This document shows positions 17,486-25,900 of a stretch of DNA of 32,000 bases, one piece after another. The stretch is taken from assembly GCF_000011125.1 (NCBI RefSeq), contig NC_000854.2:900001-932000 (forward strand). Reading direction: 5' to 3'. The notes beneath the pieces were generated by a model. That model was not told where the DNA came from, did not search any database, and saw nothing but the letters and a program-made list of their open reading frames with translations. The position numbers and the translations under genes are program-made. Position 1 is the first letter of the stretch, and each line of letters begins with the position of its first letter. Source of the stretch: Aeropyrum pernix K1. Lineage in GTDB: Archaea; Thermoproteota; Thermoprotei_A; Sulfolobales; Acidilobaceae.

Positions 17486-18316
17486 CTAGGGCTTGATTGC
17501 CTCTTCAAGGGCTTTAAAGTAAACTTTCGAGGCTTCAAGGCTGTAGCCTATCATCGTCTCGATATCGGCCTCTGTTAGGCTTCCCATGCCAGTCTTCTGT
17601 AACCCCACTATCCTGCCGTTCTCGTCGACAGCGGTCACTAGCCTGACGTCGGACACAGCCTCCTCCTCGATGTTAGGATCTACCACTATGTACCGGTCTA
17701 TCTTGGCGGTAGTTACAGTGACTACTCTCGTTTTAACCTTTAGCTCTTCGCCCTCGCCCTCTTTGCTTATGATTATCTCGCCGGTCTCGCTCTCCTCGTA
17801 CCTCGGGAGCCTCGCCGTTAGGAGGACGGCCATGGTCGCAAGCATACTAGCGTCGAAAAGGTTTCCATCATGGTCTATTATATACAGGTCTACCCAGAGG
17901 ACCCACACCTTTTCTCCAGGCCTTATAACGAGGCTTTCAAGGTCGACAGCCCCAACCTCCCTCAAACTCCTGTCAACCACTCTCGCCAGCTCAATAGCGT
18001 TCTCGTCGGGCGGTCCTGGCTCGAAAACGGGGCTGGCAAGGGGGACGAACTCGGCGTGGACTGTTAAAACACCCTGGTTTGGAGTGTCCTTGAAGGGGGC
18101 TCCAACGCCAGCTTTAACACCCGCTATAACCTGAGTCTTGCCGAGCTTTACTAGCGCAGAGCCCTCGGCCTTCTCGATTATCCCCGTCTCTATCTTCACA
18201 TTCCTCGGAGTCTTCAGATCCCTATCCCCAGGCCTCCACCCCTTCCGGAGCAGGGAGAGATAGGCCTCCCTAACAATAACCGGTGCAACCGGTAGCCTAT
18301 GAGGCGTTATACTCAC
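17486..18316 (-). CDS. rrp42: Exosome subunit Rrp42 (RNase PH-like, non-catalytic)
   Basis: It is a 276-aa RNase PH-fold protein directly downstream of Rrp41. Its GTG start overlaps the Rrp41 stop as GTGA. Confidence 0.9.
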   Translation of the reverse strand: MSITPHRLPVAPVIVREAYLSLLRKGWRPGDRDLKTPRNVKIETGIIEKAEGSALVKLGKTQVIAGVKAGVGAPFKDTPNQGVLTVHAEFVPLASPVFEPGPPDENAIELARVVDRSLREVGAVDLESLVIRPGEKVWVLWVDLYIIDHDGNLFDASMLATMAVLLTARLPRYEESETGEIIISKEGEGEELKVKTRVVTVTTAKIDRYIVVDPNIEEEAVSDVRLVTAVDENGRIVGLQKTGMGSLTEADIETMIGYSLEASKVYFKALEEAIKP

Positions 18317-19053
18317 TCCTGTCCACCCCCCACCTCGAGATAACTCTTCCTAATAGCCTCCTTCTCCATCTCAACAACCCTGTCTATCGCCCGAAGCGCC
18401 ATGGCCAGGGCCGTCCGGAACTCCTCTCCCGTGAGGACCCCATTGAGCTGTAAAAGCGTTATCTCACCTATATCGGGAGCAGCCGCAACCGGCATGTCAG
18501 CCTCACCATACATATCCTCAAGCTCGTCAACATCAACCACGAGGACACCCTGTATCTTGCCTACAGCCACACCGCCCACTAGAGCCCTCATAGGTATGCC
18601 AGCGTCGGCCAAGGCTAGACTGGCGGCTGTAACGGCAGCCGTCCTAGTGCCTCCGTCGGCTTGAAGGACCTCGAGAAACACGTCTATAACAGTCCTCGGG
18701 AACTCCTCCGCCAGGACAACAGGTTCGAGGGCTTCTCTGACAACCTTGGAAAGCTCTATCTCCCTCCTGCTGGGGGCAGGGCTTTTCCTCTCGTCTGTCG
18801 AGAATGGGGCCATATGGTATCTGACTCTGAGCGCGGCCCTATCGGGGAGAACGTAGAACCTCTGATGCGGCTCTCTGGGGCCGTACACAGCTGCTAGGAC
18901 CCTCGTCCTACCGAACTCCACTAAGGCGCTGCCGTCGGCGTTGTGTAGGATGCCTACCTGCATTCTAACAGGCCTCAGATCCTCGGGCAGCCTTCCATCA
19001 TGCCTCCTCCCGTCTCGTATTAGCTCTACGCCGGCTTGAGCAGGTCCCGCCAC
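18313..19053 (-). CDS. rrp41: Exosome subunit Rrp41 (RNase PH-like, catalytic)
   Basis: It is 246 aa with [20 protein letters not shown]...[22 protein letters not shown] and a GTG start. Confidence 0.92.
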   Translation of the reverse strand: MAGPAQAGVELIRDGRRHDGRLPEDLRPVRMQVGILHNADGSALVEFGRTRVLAAVYGPREPHQRFYVLPDRAALRVRYHMAPFSTDERKSPAPSRREIELSKVVREALEPVVLAEEFPRTVIDVFLEVLQADGGTRTAAVTAASLALADAGIPMRALVGGVAVGKIQGVLVVDVDELEDMYGEADMPVAAAPDIGEITLLQLNGVLTGEEFRTALAMALRAIDRVVEMEKEAIRKSYLEVGGGQE

Positions 19054-19057
19054 TATG

Positions 19058-19765
19058 CTACACCTCCCTAATCCTCCTCTCCTCCTCTATGAACTTGATA
19101 ATTCTCTTCGTTAGACCTGAGGTATAGGCTTCTTCATCTATGATCTTAATAGCCATCACCGCAATCGCCTCCAGGTCTTCGTTAGGACACTCCAAGTGTA
19201 TCCTCCCGTTCCTCGCCACGAATATCTTGCACTCAGTCTTCTCCTCGAGCGTCTTTAACATACTCATTTTCCTCCCAATAACACGGGGTACCTTCGCGGG
19301 TGATATCTCCACGATCTTTCCTCTGACAATCCTCCCTAGACCTTCTCCCTGGACAGTCAGCAGAGGGCTCCTAGTCTTGTCAAAGGCGACAACCTTCGCC
19401 TTAATATAGTCTCCTACCTTGAGAAGAGACTGCATGTCATCCACCGCAGGGTTAAACGGCCTGCCCAGGAAGTCTTGGACCGAAAGAACGGCAACATAGG
19501 GGCTGTTAATATCCACGAACCAGTTCATAATGCCGACACTCTGTATAAGCCCTATGACAACGTCTCCAGCCTGGGGTACGTATATCTCCTTGAGCTTGAC
19601 GAAAGCTCTACCGCCTCCATCACCCTTTTCCCTCAGCAGGCCGACAACAGTAGCCCTCTTAACCCCTTTATAGTCTATAACGTAGGGGGGAGAAGCCTCG
19701 ACCTCCTCAGGCAACGGCTCTCCGGGAACAACTATCCGCCCTGCCAGCTGTCTCTCGCTACTCAT
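19058..19765 (-). CDS. rrp4: Exosome cap subunit Rrp4 (N-terminal domain, S1, KH)
   Basis: It has an S1-like core ([11 protein letters not shown]...[13 protein letters not shown]) and a KH motif ([15 protein letters not shown]). Gene order is rrp4-rrp41-rrp42. Confidence 0.9.
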   Translation of the reverse strand: MSSERQLAGRIVVPGEPLPEEVEASPPYVIDYKGVKRATVVGLLREKGDGGGRAFVKLKEIYVPQAGDVVIGLIQSVGIMNWFVDINSPYVAVLSVQDFLGRPFNPAVDDMQSLLKVGDYIKAKVVAFDKTRSPLLTVQGEGLGRIVRGKIVEISPAKVPRVIGRKMSMLKTLEEKTECKIFVARNGRIHLECPNEDLEAIAVMAIKIIDEEAYTSGLTKRIIKFIEEERRIREV

Positions 19766-19792
19766 CCCTACACCCGATAGTGAAGCCGTTGA

Positions 19793-19821
19793 GCCGAGAG
19801 GCTTTTATTAGCTTACTCGGC
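19793..19821 (-). promoter_or_regulatory. TATA-like element for rrp4, bracketed by a 6-bp inverted repeat
   Basis: The minus strand reads GCCGAG-taagcTAATAAAAGcct-CTCGGC. The TATA-like core is centred about 41 nt upstream of the rrp4 ATG. Confidence 0.3.
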
Positions 19822-19903
19822 AACGAGATACACGCAACATAGGAGGTAGGCGAAGGGTTTGTGGGTGATTTGGGGTTTAAGGGTTGGAAGGTGTTGTTCA
19901 GTA

Positions 19904-20680
19904 TTAGAGTTGTAGTAGCTCCTCCCTCATGCTGTCCACAATCTCTTTGACCTGTTCTTTAGTCATCTTTGTGAACATCCTTTCTTTGACTGTTATGTAG
20001 GCGAGTTCTACTTGGTCGGGCAGCGTTGCTATCGCCTTCTCTTTATCCTCAACCGTCTTCCTTATTATAGCGTAAAGTATCTTTAGGGCTAGCTTGGTAG
20101 CTTCTTCGAGGCTCATGTCGCTCCTATAGTGCTTCTCGAACATCTCATTGGCCACCTGCTCGCCGCTCCCTATAGCTATGGCTTTGAAGCTGAAGTACTG
20201 GCCTCCAGGGTCTGTCCTGTAGACTTTTGTTGTGCCATCCGGGTTTACGCCAGCGAATATGAGGGCAACGCCGAAGGGCCTTACGCCGCCGTGCTGGGTG
20301 TACGCCTGTTTAACGTCAGCAACAACCTTGGCGACGAGCTCGACTGGCGGGGGCTCGCCGTAGAGTAGGCGGTGTCTAACAGTGAACACACGGGCATAGT
20401 CTATCAATATCCTCCCGTCTCCACCCATGCCCGCGAAGGCCACACCTATGTGGTCGTCTATCTTGTATATCTTGTCTATATCGTCAATATCGACGAGGGG
20501 GCCTATGAACCTCTTCTCAGCCGCTATAACAACGCCCTCATTAGTCTTAATGCCGAGGCTTGTCCACCCCTTCTTGACAGCCTCGAAGGCGTACCTAACC
20601 TGGTATAGATCGCCCTCGGGAGAGAATATAGTGGCGGCACGATCATATGCAGTCTGATGCGGCGGCATAGGGAATGCCAT
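19904..20680 (-). CDS. psmA: Proteasome alpha subunit
   Basis: It has YDRAATIFSPEGDLYQVRYAFEAV and is 258 aa. GGAGGGTG lies upstream of the ATG. Confidence 0.96.
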   Translation of the reverse strand: MAFPMPPHQTAYDRAATIFSPEGDLYQVRYAFEAVKKGWTSLGIKTNEGVVIAAEKRFIGPLVDIDDIDKIYKIDDHIGVAFAGMGGDGRILIDYARVFTVRHRLLYGEPPPVELVAKVVADVKQAYTQHGGVRPFGVALIFAGVNPDGTTKVYRTDPGGQYFSFKAIAIGSGEQVANEMFEKHYRSDMSLEEATKLALKILYAIIRKTVEDKEKAIATLPDQVELAYITVKERMFTKMTKEQVKEIVDSMREELLQL

Positions 20681-20736
20681 CCATCATCCACCCTCCTAAA
20701 CGCTCAAACTCCCCTCCCTAAAAGGCTCTATGAGGC

Positions 20737-20746
20737 CTATTTAATA
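20737..20746 (-). promoter_or_regulatory. TATA-like box upstream of psmA
   Basis: The minus strand reads TATTAAATAG, about 60 nt upstream of the psmA ATG. Confidence 0.3.
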
Positions 20747-20756
20747 CTCAACTAGA

Positions 20757-20841
20757 GGAGGGGCCGATGATGGAGAGACCGACCACCGAAGCCTCTAGCG
20801 CTGGGCTTATGGCGACTCTATCTCTCCACCGAGGCCCCCCC
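20757..20841. repeat. 85-nt GC-clamped nested inverted repeat; candidate structured RNA, strand unresolved
   Basis: The outer arms are GGAGGGGCC (20757-20765) and GGCCCCCCC (20833-20841). They give 9 pairs with one A.C on the plus strand, which becomes U.G on the minus strand. The inner arms TGGAGAGA (20771-20778) and TCTCTCCA (20821-20828) pair perfectly over 8 bp. The element starts 1 nt after the Rpp30 stop codon. Confidence 0.6.
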
Positions 20842-20842
20842 G

Positions 20843-21535
20843 CTAAGCCCTCGAGGCGTCTAAGAGAATCCTGAGCCTCTCCTCGCTGTTATAGAGCATG
20901 GCATGGCTCCACGGCACGCCTAGCAGGGCTGCTAACGAGGCGCCGGAGTAGGGGCTCCACAGCTCATGAGGCTCTTCGGCGTCGCTCGCCAGAAATACGT
21001 GGACCCCGTAGGCAAAGCTCCTTCTTAGGACCACTGCCAGAGCCCTCCAGGCCGCTGGAGAACCCGGGTTTAATGTGAGGTTTCGGAGTGATACTTCCAA
21101 GGCGCCCCAGCCCCTCTGCGCCATTATCTCAGCCGTACCCCTGTCCGCCGCCCATAGGTTTGACCCGTCCACCCTAATTATGTGGACCCTCTTGTTGGCA
21201 GCAGCGTATCTAGCCGCCTCAAGTGTGAGGGGCTTCACCACTATGAAGTCGACAACCCCGGCGAGCTTCTCAGCCGCTCTTCTCACGTCCCGCCTCGTCG
21301 AAGCCTCAACATAGCCACGCCTATAGAGCCTCGGTATACCGTCTCCCTCTAGGCTCATGCACTCATCAGCAGACTCGGGGGGTATGGCGACTGCTGTGTA
21401 GCCTAACCTGCCTGCTGTTCTGAGGACCTCGCTGCATTGTTCTGTCTGGGGTTTAACCGAGATGTCTATAAGTCCCAAGCCGCAGCCCCTAGCCCCTGTC
21501 GGCCTTACCTTCGAGAAGCCTCTTAAGCAGCTCAC
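20843..21535 (-). CDS. rnp3: RNase P protein component 3 (Rpp30)
   Basis: It is a TIM-barrel-like protein of about 210-230 aa in the superoperon slot after the DUF54 gene, with LIDISVKP near the N-terminus. The listed start overlaps the upstream gene by 47 nt. A TTG at 21478 (MGLIDISV...) would remove that overlap. Confidence 0.7.
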   Translation of the reverse strand: MSCLRGFSKVRPTGARGCGLGLIDISVKPQTEQCSEVLRTAGRLGYTAVAIPPESADECMSLEGDGIPRLYRRGYVEASTRRDVRRAAEKLAGVVDFIVVKPLTLEAARYAAANKRVHIIRVDGSNLWAADRGTAEIMAQRGWGALEVSLRNLTLNPGSPAAWRALAVVLRRSFAYGVHVFLASDAEEPHELWSPYSGASLAALLGVPWSHAMLYNSEERLRILLDASRA

Positions 21536-21959
21536 GGTAGAAGCTGACGGCTTTTCTCCTCCCTCCCTGGAAGCCCACTGCTATCCTTATCACGTCATCG
21601 CCCTCATATATACGGGCCTCGCCTAGATAGGCGTCTTGTTTAGAGACCCTAATGTATAACACTCCGTTCTTGTCAACCCTCTCCTCCAAAGTCTCTAGGA
21701 GATACCTCCTATCGTGGCTAGGCAACTTCGACAGTATGTCTTCTAGAACCTTGGAAGCCGTTCTCCCATCTTTAATTCTAACCGTTATAACCCTGATCTG
21801 GTTGCCATAATGCCCCTCGAAAACATCCTCAACAACCTCAATCTTACCCCCGGAGAGGGGGAGGATGTTGGAGAGGGCCCTCACAACCTTCTCCCTATCC
21901 TCTGTAGCGTGGACAGAAACCCTAGCTTCAAGCCACGAGACACCCATCATTCTAGACAC
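21489..21959 (-). CDS. DUF54 / COG1325-type predicted RNA-binding protein (the predicted exosome subunit family)
   Basis: It is 156 aa with ARVSVHATEDREKVVRALSNILP, which is typical of this family. It sits in the conserved position between L15e and Rpp30. Confidence 0.65.
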   Translation of the reverse strand: MSRMMGVSWLEARVSVHATEDREKVVRALSNILPLSGGKIEVVEDVFEGHYGNQIRVITVRIKDGRTASKVLEDILSKLPSHDRRYLLETLEERVDKNGVLYIRVSKQDAYLGEARIYEGDDVIRIAVGFQGGRRKAVSFYRELLKRLLEGKADRG

Positions 21960-22057
21960 CAGTCGCCTGAGAAGCTACGACGCCCCCCTCCCCTAAGCTG
22001 GGGGAAGGGGAGTGGATGGCTAAGATGAGGGCAGCGGCCCAAATGAGAGGGTTTTTG

Positions 22058-22735
22058 CTATGTTAGGTCTCCTTTGTGGAACTTCTCCCTAATCTCGTCG
22101 GGCTCTATTAGCCTGGCGCCCCTGCTTGCCTCGTGCCTCTTCCTAAGAATCCTCTCCTTCGCTTTCTTCTTCCACTTGTATTTGTGGGTTCCCTTGAGTC
22201 CCCTGCTCTTCCTAAGACCTCTCATCTTCTTGCCTGCACTTGTAAGGCCTCTGAACGGCCTTCCCTTATGCTTGCCAGTGGTTACCCAGTTGAGCTCGGG
22301 GTCATTCTTTATCGCTGGGTGGTTGGGGTCAACAAGTATAACCTCATACCACTTGTACCTACCATCCTCGCCCACATAGTAGCTGTTCAGCACTACAAGG
22401 TTTGGATACTTCCTCTGAGCCCTCTCCTCGGCTATAAGGCGGAGACTCTTCGCAGGGGCGAAGCCGTAGACACCCATTCTCTTCGGTCTCCTACCCTTGT
22501 TGGGCCTAGGCTTCCTCCTCCCCCCCTTCCTTACCCTAACTCTAGCTACGATTACTCCCTGCTTGGCCTTGTAGCCGAGGGCCCTGGCCCTATCTAGCCT
22601 GGTGGGCTTTTCTACCCTCAATATTGAAGGCTGCCTACGCCATTCTAGGAGCCTTGCCTTCATCAGCTCCCCGTGCAGGCCCTCGTAAGGCTTCTTCCAC
22701 TCCCTAGCGATATAATGGTACATTGACAGGGCCAC
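22058..22735 (-). CDS. rpl15e: Ribosomal protein L15e
   Basis: It has (M)[18 protein letters not shown] and a very basic C-terminal half. The start is a GTG at 22735. Confidence 0.95.
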   Translation of the reverse strand: MALSMYHYIAREWKKPYEGLHGELMKARLLEWRRQPSILRVEKPTRLDRARALGYKAKQGVIVARVRVRKGGRRKPRPNKGRRPKRMGVYGFAPAKSLRLIAEERAQRKYPNLVVLNSYYVGEDGRYKWYEVILVDPNHPAIKNDPELNWVTTGKHKGRPFRGLTSAGKKMRGLRKSRGLKGTHKYKWKKKAKERILRKRHEASRGARLIEPDEIREKFHKGDLT

Positions 22736-22980
22736 TACACTGCACCCCGCAAACCCAAACCTAGAGACTCCAACCTCTAAACCTTAAAAACTAGATACAG
22801 CTCCTCGCGCCGCCATGAACATCCAAATTAGTCTCTCCAGGGCTGAGGGCTGGCGATACTTCCTGGGTCTCACCACACGTCAGTAGAATCAGGAGCTGTG
22901 GAAGTAATACCTAGGAAACTCCAGCAAACTACATTCTAGTCTAGTGTTTCTACTGCGGTTGTTAGAGGACCTTGTTTAAA

Positions 22981-23052
22981 AGAGTTTTGATACTAAAAAA
23001 TTTTTAATTTCACAGGTCTCCAAATAAACTAATTTGAGGAGATAGTATAAAG
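22981..23052 (+). promoter_or_regulatory. AT-rich copA promoter region with several TATA-like elements
   Basis: It contains TTTAAAAG, the palindromic A6T5 tract (22995-23005), TTTTTAATTT and ATAGTATAAAGG (23042-23052). Local GC is well below the window average. Confidence 0.4.
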
Positions 23053-23065
23053 GGGTGTTACTTGA

Positions 23066-25582
23066 TTGTCGGGTGTGACGCTAGTCAAGGAGAAGCTCTC
23101 GATAAAGGGGATGCACTGTGCCACCTGCGGCCTTACTGTTGAGAAGGCCCTGAGAAGCCTTCCAGGCGTGGTAGAGGCCTCGGCAGATCCCGTAACTGGA
23201 GAGGCAGTTATAGCGTATGAGCCGGGCTCCGTAAGGCTTTCCGACGTTGTTAAAGCGATCAGGTCTGTGGGCTATGATGTTGTGCTCGCTGAGGCCGTGA
23301 TAAGGGTTCCCTCAATGAGTAGTATCGACGACGAGAGAGTTGTCGAGGAGACTCTCCTCAAGATGAAGGGTGTGGCCGAGGTCTATGCTTCCCACACAAA
23401 CAAAACCGTGGTCGTCAGGTACAATCCTCACGCCACCAAACCGGAGGAAGTGCTGGAGGCTCTGCGGAAGGCGGGATACAAGGCTGAGATGGCTGAGGGA
23501 AAGAGTCTTGTGGAGGCGGAGGCAGAAGAGGAGAGACGCTTACTCCTGGACGGTCTAATCAGCATTACAGCCAGCATAGTCTACTACATTCTACTGGCTC
23601 TTGAGAGGCTTGCTGGGGTGGAAGCCGCTGGGGCGGTTCTGCCCTACTATGGAGCCGTGGTCTTCGCCATCGTACTCCTAGGCCCTGGGAGAAGGTTTCT
23701 AGTCGGTGCCTACAGGAGCTTGAAGAACGGCACACCCGGTATGGACGCCCTGGTCAGCCTCGGCACACTATCGATCTACTTCTATAGCCTCGCTGCAACC
23801 CTAAACATAATAAGGGGAGAGCTCTACTACGAGGGGATAGGCCTAATAATAGGCTTTGTCCTAATCGGAAGGTACATAGAGTCGAAGGTTAAGAAGGGAA
23901 CTGGCAAGGCTGTCGAGAACCTAGCAAAGCTCAAGCCGCAGAAAGCTAGAGTTCTAAGGGGTAGGAGGGAGGTTGAGGTCGATGTTAGCGAGGTCAAGCC
24001 AGGAGACCTCGTGGTTGTAAGACAGGGTGAGAGGATTCCTGTAGACGGCTACGTCGTCCAGGGGAAGGCCTATGTCGACGAGAGCGTGTTTACAGGGGAG
24101 CCCATCCCTGTTGAGAAGAAGCCGGGGGATCTTGTTCTAGCCGGCTCAATGGTATCTTCAGGCTGGCTCCACATATCAGCAACCAGAACCTCGGGTGACA
24201 CGGCTATAGACAGGATAGCCAGGCTCATAGCCTACAGCCAGGCTGGCAAGATGGATATACAGAGGCTTGCTGACAGGGTTTCAGGAATGTTCTTCTGGGC
24301 TGTCCTCTGTATTGCTTCGCTAACGTTTACGGCATGGCTCTTCCTGGGCGGGCTTGAGACAGCTATAATAAGGGCTGCCAGCGTTTTCCTAATATCATGT
24401 CCATGCGCCCTGGGGCTGGCAACGCCCACAGCCAGCTCAGCAGGGGTCGGAGTGGCTGCCAGGGCCGGAATACTTGTTAGGAACGTGGTGGCGTTCGAGA
24501 GGCTAGCGAAGGCGTCTATAGTGGTTTTCGACAAGACAGGGACGTTGACCCTGGGCATGCCGAGGGTTGCGGCTGTGGAGGCTGTAGACGGCTACAGCGA
24601 GAAGGAAATACTTGAACTGGCGGCTTCAGCGGAGAAGTGGAGCGAGCACCCCCTGGCCAGGGCTATTATAGACGCCTATATGGAGGTGGCAGGCAGGGGG
24701 CCTGAGGATCCTGATAACGCAGAGGTATTCCCTGGTATGGGTGTCTACGCAGAGGTGGGAGGCCGCTCGGTGGTTGTTGGTAACAGGAAGATTATGGACG
24801 GGTTCGAGGTAGATATCAAGACTCTGGAAAAGATTGCAGAGGAGTGGCAGTCAAGAGGGGCAACAACGGTTTTCGTCGCAATCGATGGAAAGCCCGCTGG
24901 GGTTATAGCCATCAGAGACGAGCCTAGACCGGAAGCCAGGGAGACGGTAGATTGGCTGGAGAAGCTTGGCCTGAAAGTGATGATGCTCACAGGCGATTCA
25001 GAAGGCACAGCCCGGGCTATAGCGAGGGAGCTGGACATAGAGGAGTACAGGGCCGGGGTCAGCCCTGAGGGCAAGGCAGAGGTGATAAGGGAGCTCCAGA
25101 AAAAGGGTCATGTAGTTGTAATGGTGGGCGACGGGGTCAACGACGCGCCAAGCCTAGCCAGGGCTGACGTGGGAATAGCTGTTGCAAACGCTACCGACGT
25201 CAGCGTCGAGGCTGGTGACATAGTCCTCATAAAAGGCGACCTTCGACGTGTCCCCCTAGCAGTGGTAATATCGAGAAAGACATACAACACTATTAAATTC
25301 AACCTCTTCTGGGCGTTCATATACAACGTCACCTTGATACCCGTAGCGGCAGGAGCCTTTGCCTGGGCAGGAATAACACTTAGGCCAGAGCTAGCAGCAG
25401 CGGCAATGGCGCTAAGCAGCATAACAGTAACGAGCATAAGCTATAGGCTTAGCAAATGGAAACCAAGATTACCGGGCGATTACGAAACTTATGATAACAA
25501 AGAGGAGAAGGAGGAGTCAAAAGAAGAGTTCGAGAGGATAACGCGAGAGGAGAAGGCTCTAGCCGCCGGGAGACAACAGTAG
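23066..25582 (+). CDS. copA: Copper(I)-type P1B heavy-metal translocating ATPase
   Basis: It has an N-terminal HMA domain with GMHCATCG. It has the P-type motifs TGE, DKTGTLT, SEHPLA and GDGVNDAP. Its transmembrane metal-site signatures are CPC (SCPCALGLATP), YN (FIYNVTLIP) and MALSS, which mark the P1B-1 Cu(I) class. The start is either the TTG at 23066 (AGGGGTG 8 nt upstream) or the GTG at 23075 (possibly leaderless). Confidence 0.93.
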   Translation: MSGVTLVKEKLSIKGMHCATCGLTVEKALRSLPGVVEASADPVTGEAVIAYEPGSVRLSDVVKAIRSVGYDVVLAEAVIRVPSMSSIDDERVVEETLLKMKGVAEVYASHTNKTVVVRYNPHATKPEEVLEALRKAGYKAEMAEGKSLVEAEAEEERRLLLDGLISITASIVYYILLALERLAGVEAAGAVLPYYGAVVFAIVLLGPGRRFLVGAYRSLKNGTPGMDALVSLGTLSIYFYSLAATLNIIRGELYYEGIGLIIGFVLIGRYIESKVKKGTGKAVENLAKLKPQKARVLRGRREVEVDVSEVKPGDLVVVRQGERIPVDGYVVQGKAYVDESVFTGEPIPVEKKPGDLVLAGSMVSSGWLHISATRTSGDTAIDRIARLIAYSQAGKMDIQRLADRVSGMFFWAVLCIASLTFTAWLFLGGLETAIIRAASVFLISCPCALGLATPTASSAGVGVAARAGILVRNVVAFERLAKASIVVFDKTGTLTLGMPRVAAVEAVDGYSEKEILELAASAEKWSEHPLARAIIDAYMEVAGRGPEDPDNAEVFPGMGVYAEVGGRSVVVGNRKIMDGFEVDIKTLEKIAEEWQSRGATTVFVAIDGKPAGVIAIRDEPRPEARETVDWLEKLGLKVMMLTGDSEGTARAIARELDIEEYRAGVSPEGKAEVIRELQKKGHVVVMVGDGVNDAPSLARADVGIAVANATDVSVEAGDIVLIKGDLRRVPLAVVISRKTYNTIKFNLFWAFIYNVTLIPVAAGAFAWAGITLRPELAAAAMALSSITVTSISYRLSKWKPRLPGDYETYDNKEEKEESKEEFERITREEKALAAGRQQ

Positions 25583-25628
25583 CTACACTACCAATTTTAA
25601 CACTACCATTCCCACATTCCTAAAAGCA

Positions 25629-25657
25629 GGAGAACGGAATCGTTTTCCATTTTCCCC
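25629..25657 (+). terminator. Hairpin plus T-tracts downstream of copA
   Basis: The arms GGAGAACG and CGTTTTCC flank the loop GAAT, giving 8 pairs with one G.U. The hairpin is followed by ATTTTCCCC and lies 47 nt after the copA stop. Oligo-T tracts are the usual archaeal termination signal. Confidence 0.4.
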
Positions 25658-25754
25658 AGACCCCCTCGGACTCATCTCCTATAATTTTTCTGGGTTAGAC
25701 TGACACGAGCCAGTATAAAGGACTAGTGATTAAAATTTCTATACACTTTAACGA

Positions 25755-25895
25755 TTATCCCTGGGAGAGTCCAGCTATTAAAACCGCGGCTATAAGAGCG
25801 GCAAGGAGAAGTATGACGAGTGTTATGAGTCTGCCTCTCAAGCTTGCCGCTATTGTCCCCGCATAGCGAGTGTCGTGAGGTGTTATGGATAGCAA
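25755..25895 (-). CDS. Possible small single-pass membrane peptide (28-46 aa) downstream of the DPS-like gene
   Basis: I read this by hand; it is below the ORF-track size cutoff. From the TTG at 25895, 5 nt after the DPS-like stop, it reads (M)LSITPHDTRYAGTIAASLRGRLITLVILLLAALIAAVLIAGLSQG*. An alternative TTG lies at 25841. It uses native-looking codons (ATA, CTC, AGA). The only evidence is sequence composition. Confidence 0.25.
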   Translation of the reverse strand: MLSITPHDTRYAGTIAASLRGRLITLVILLLAALIAAVLIAGLSQG

Positions 25896-25900
25896 GTGAG

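Noticed and set aside
1201-18134. Many long plus-strand ORFs lie opposite the minus-strand genes. Examples are 1201-1671, 7712-8065, 9998-10468, 11285-11803, 13927-14475 (182 aa) and 17586-18134 (182 aa).
   Set aside because: Each one lies antisense to, or out of frame with, a gene that has strong family motifs. Their products are Ser/Thr/Ala/Pro/Arg-rich and low in complexity, which is typical of open antisense frames in GC-rich genomes. None has a plausible start context.
19855-19883. A canonical G-quadruplex motif on the plus strand, GGG-N5-GGG-N6-GGGG-N5-GGG, in the psmA/rrp4 spacer. The sense RNA is correspondingly C/A-rich and almost free of G.
   Set aside because: My rough estimate for a sequence with about 28 percent G is that a few G3-N1-7 x4 matches per 64 kb of two-strand sequence arise by chance. 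A single hit is therefore not significant, and nothing supports a function.
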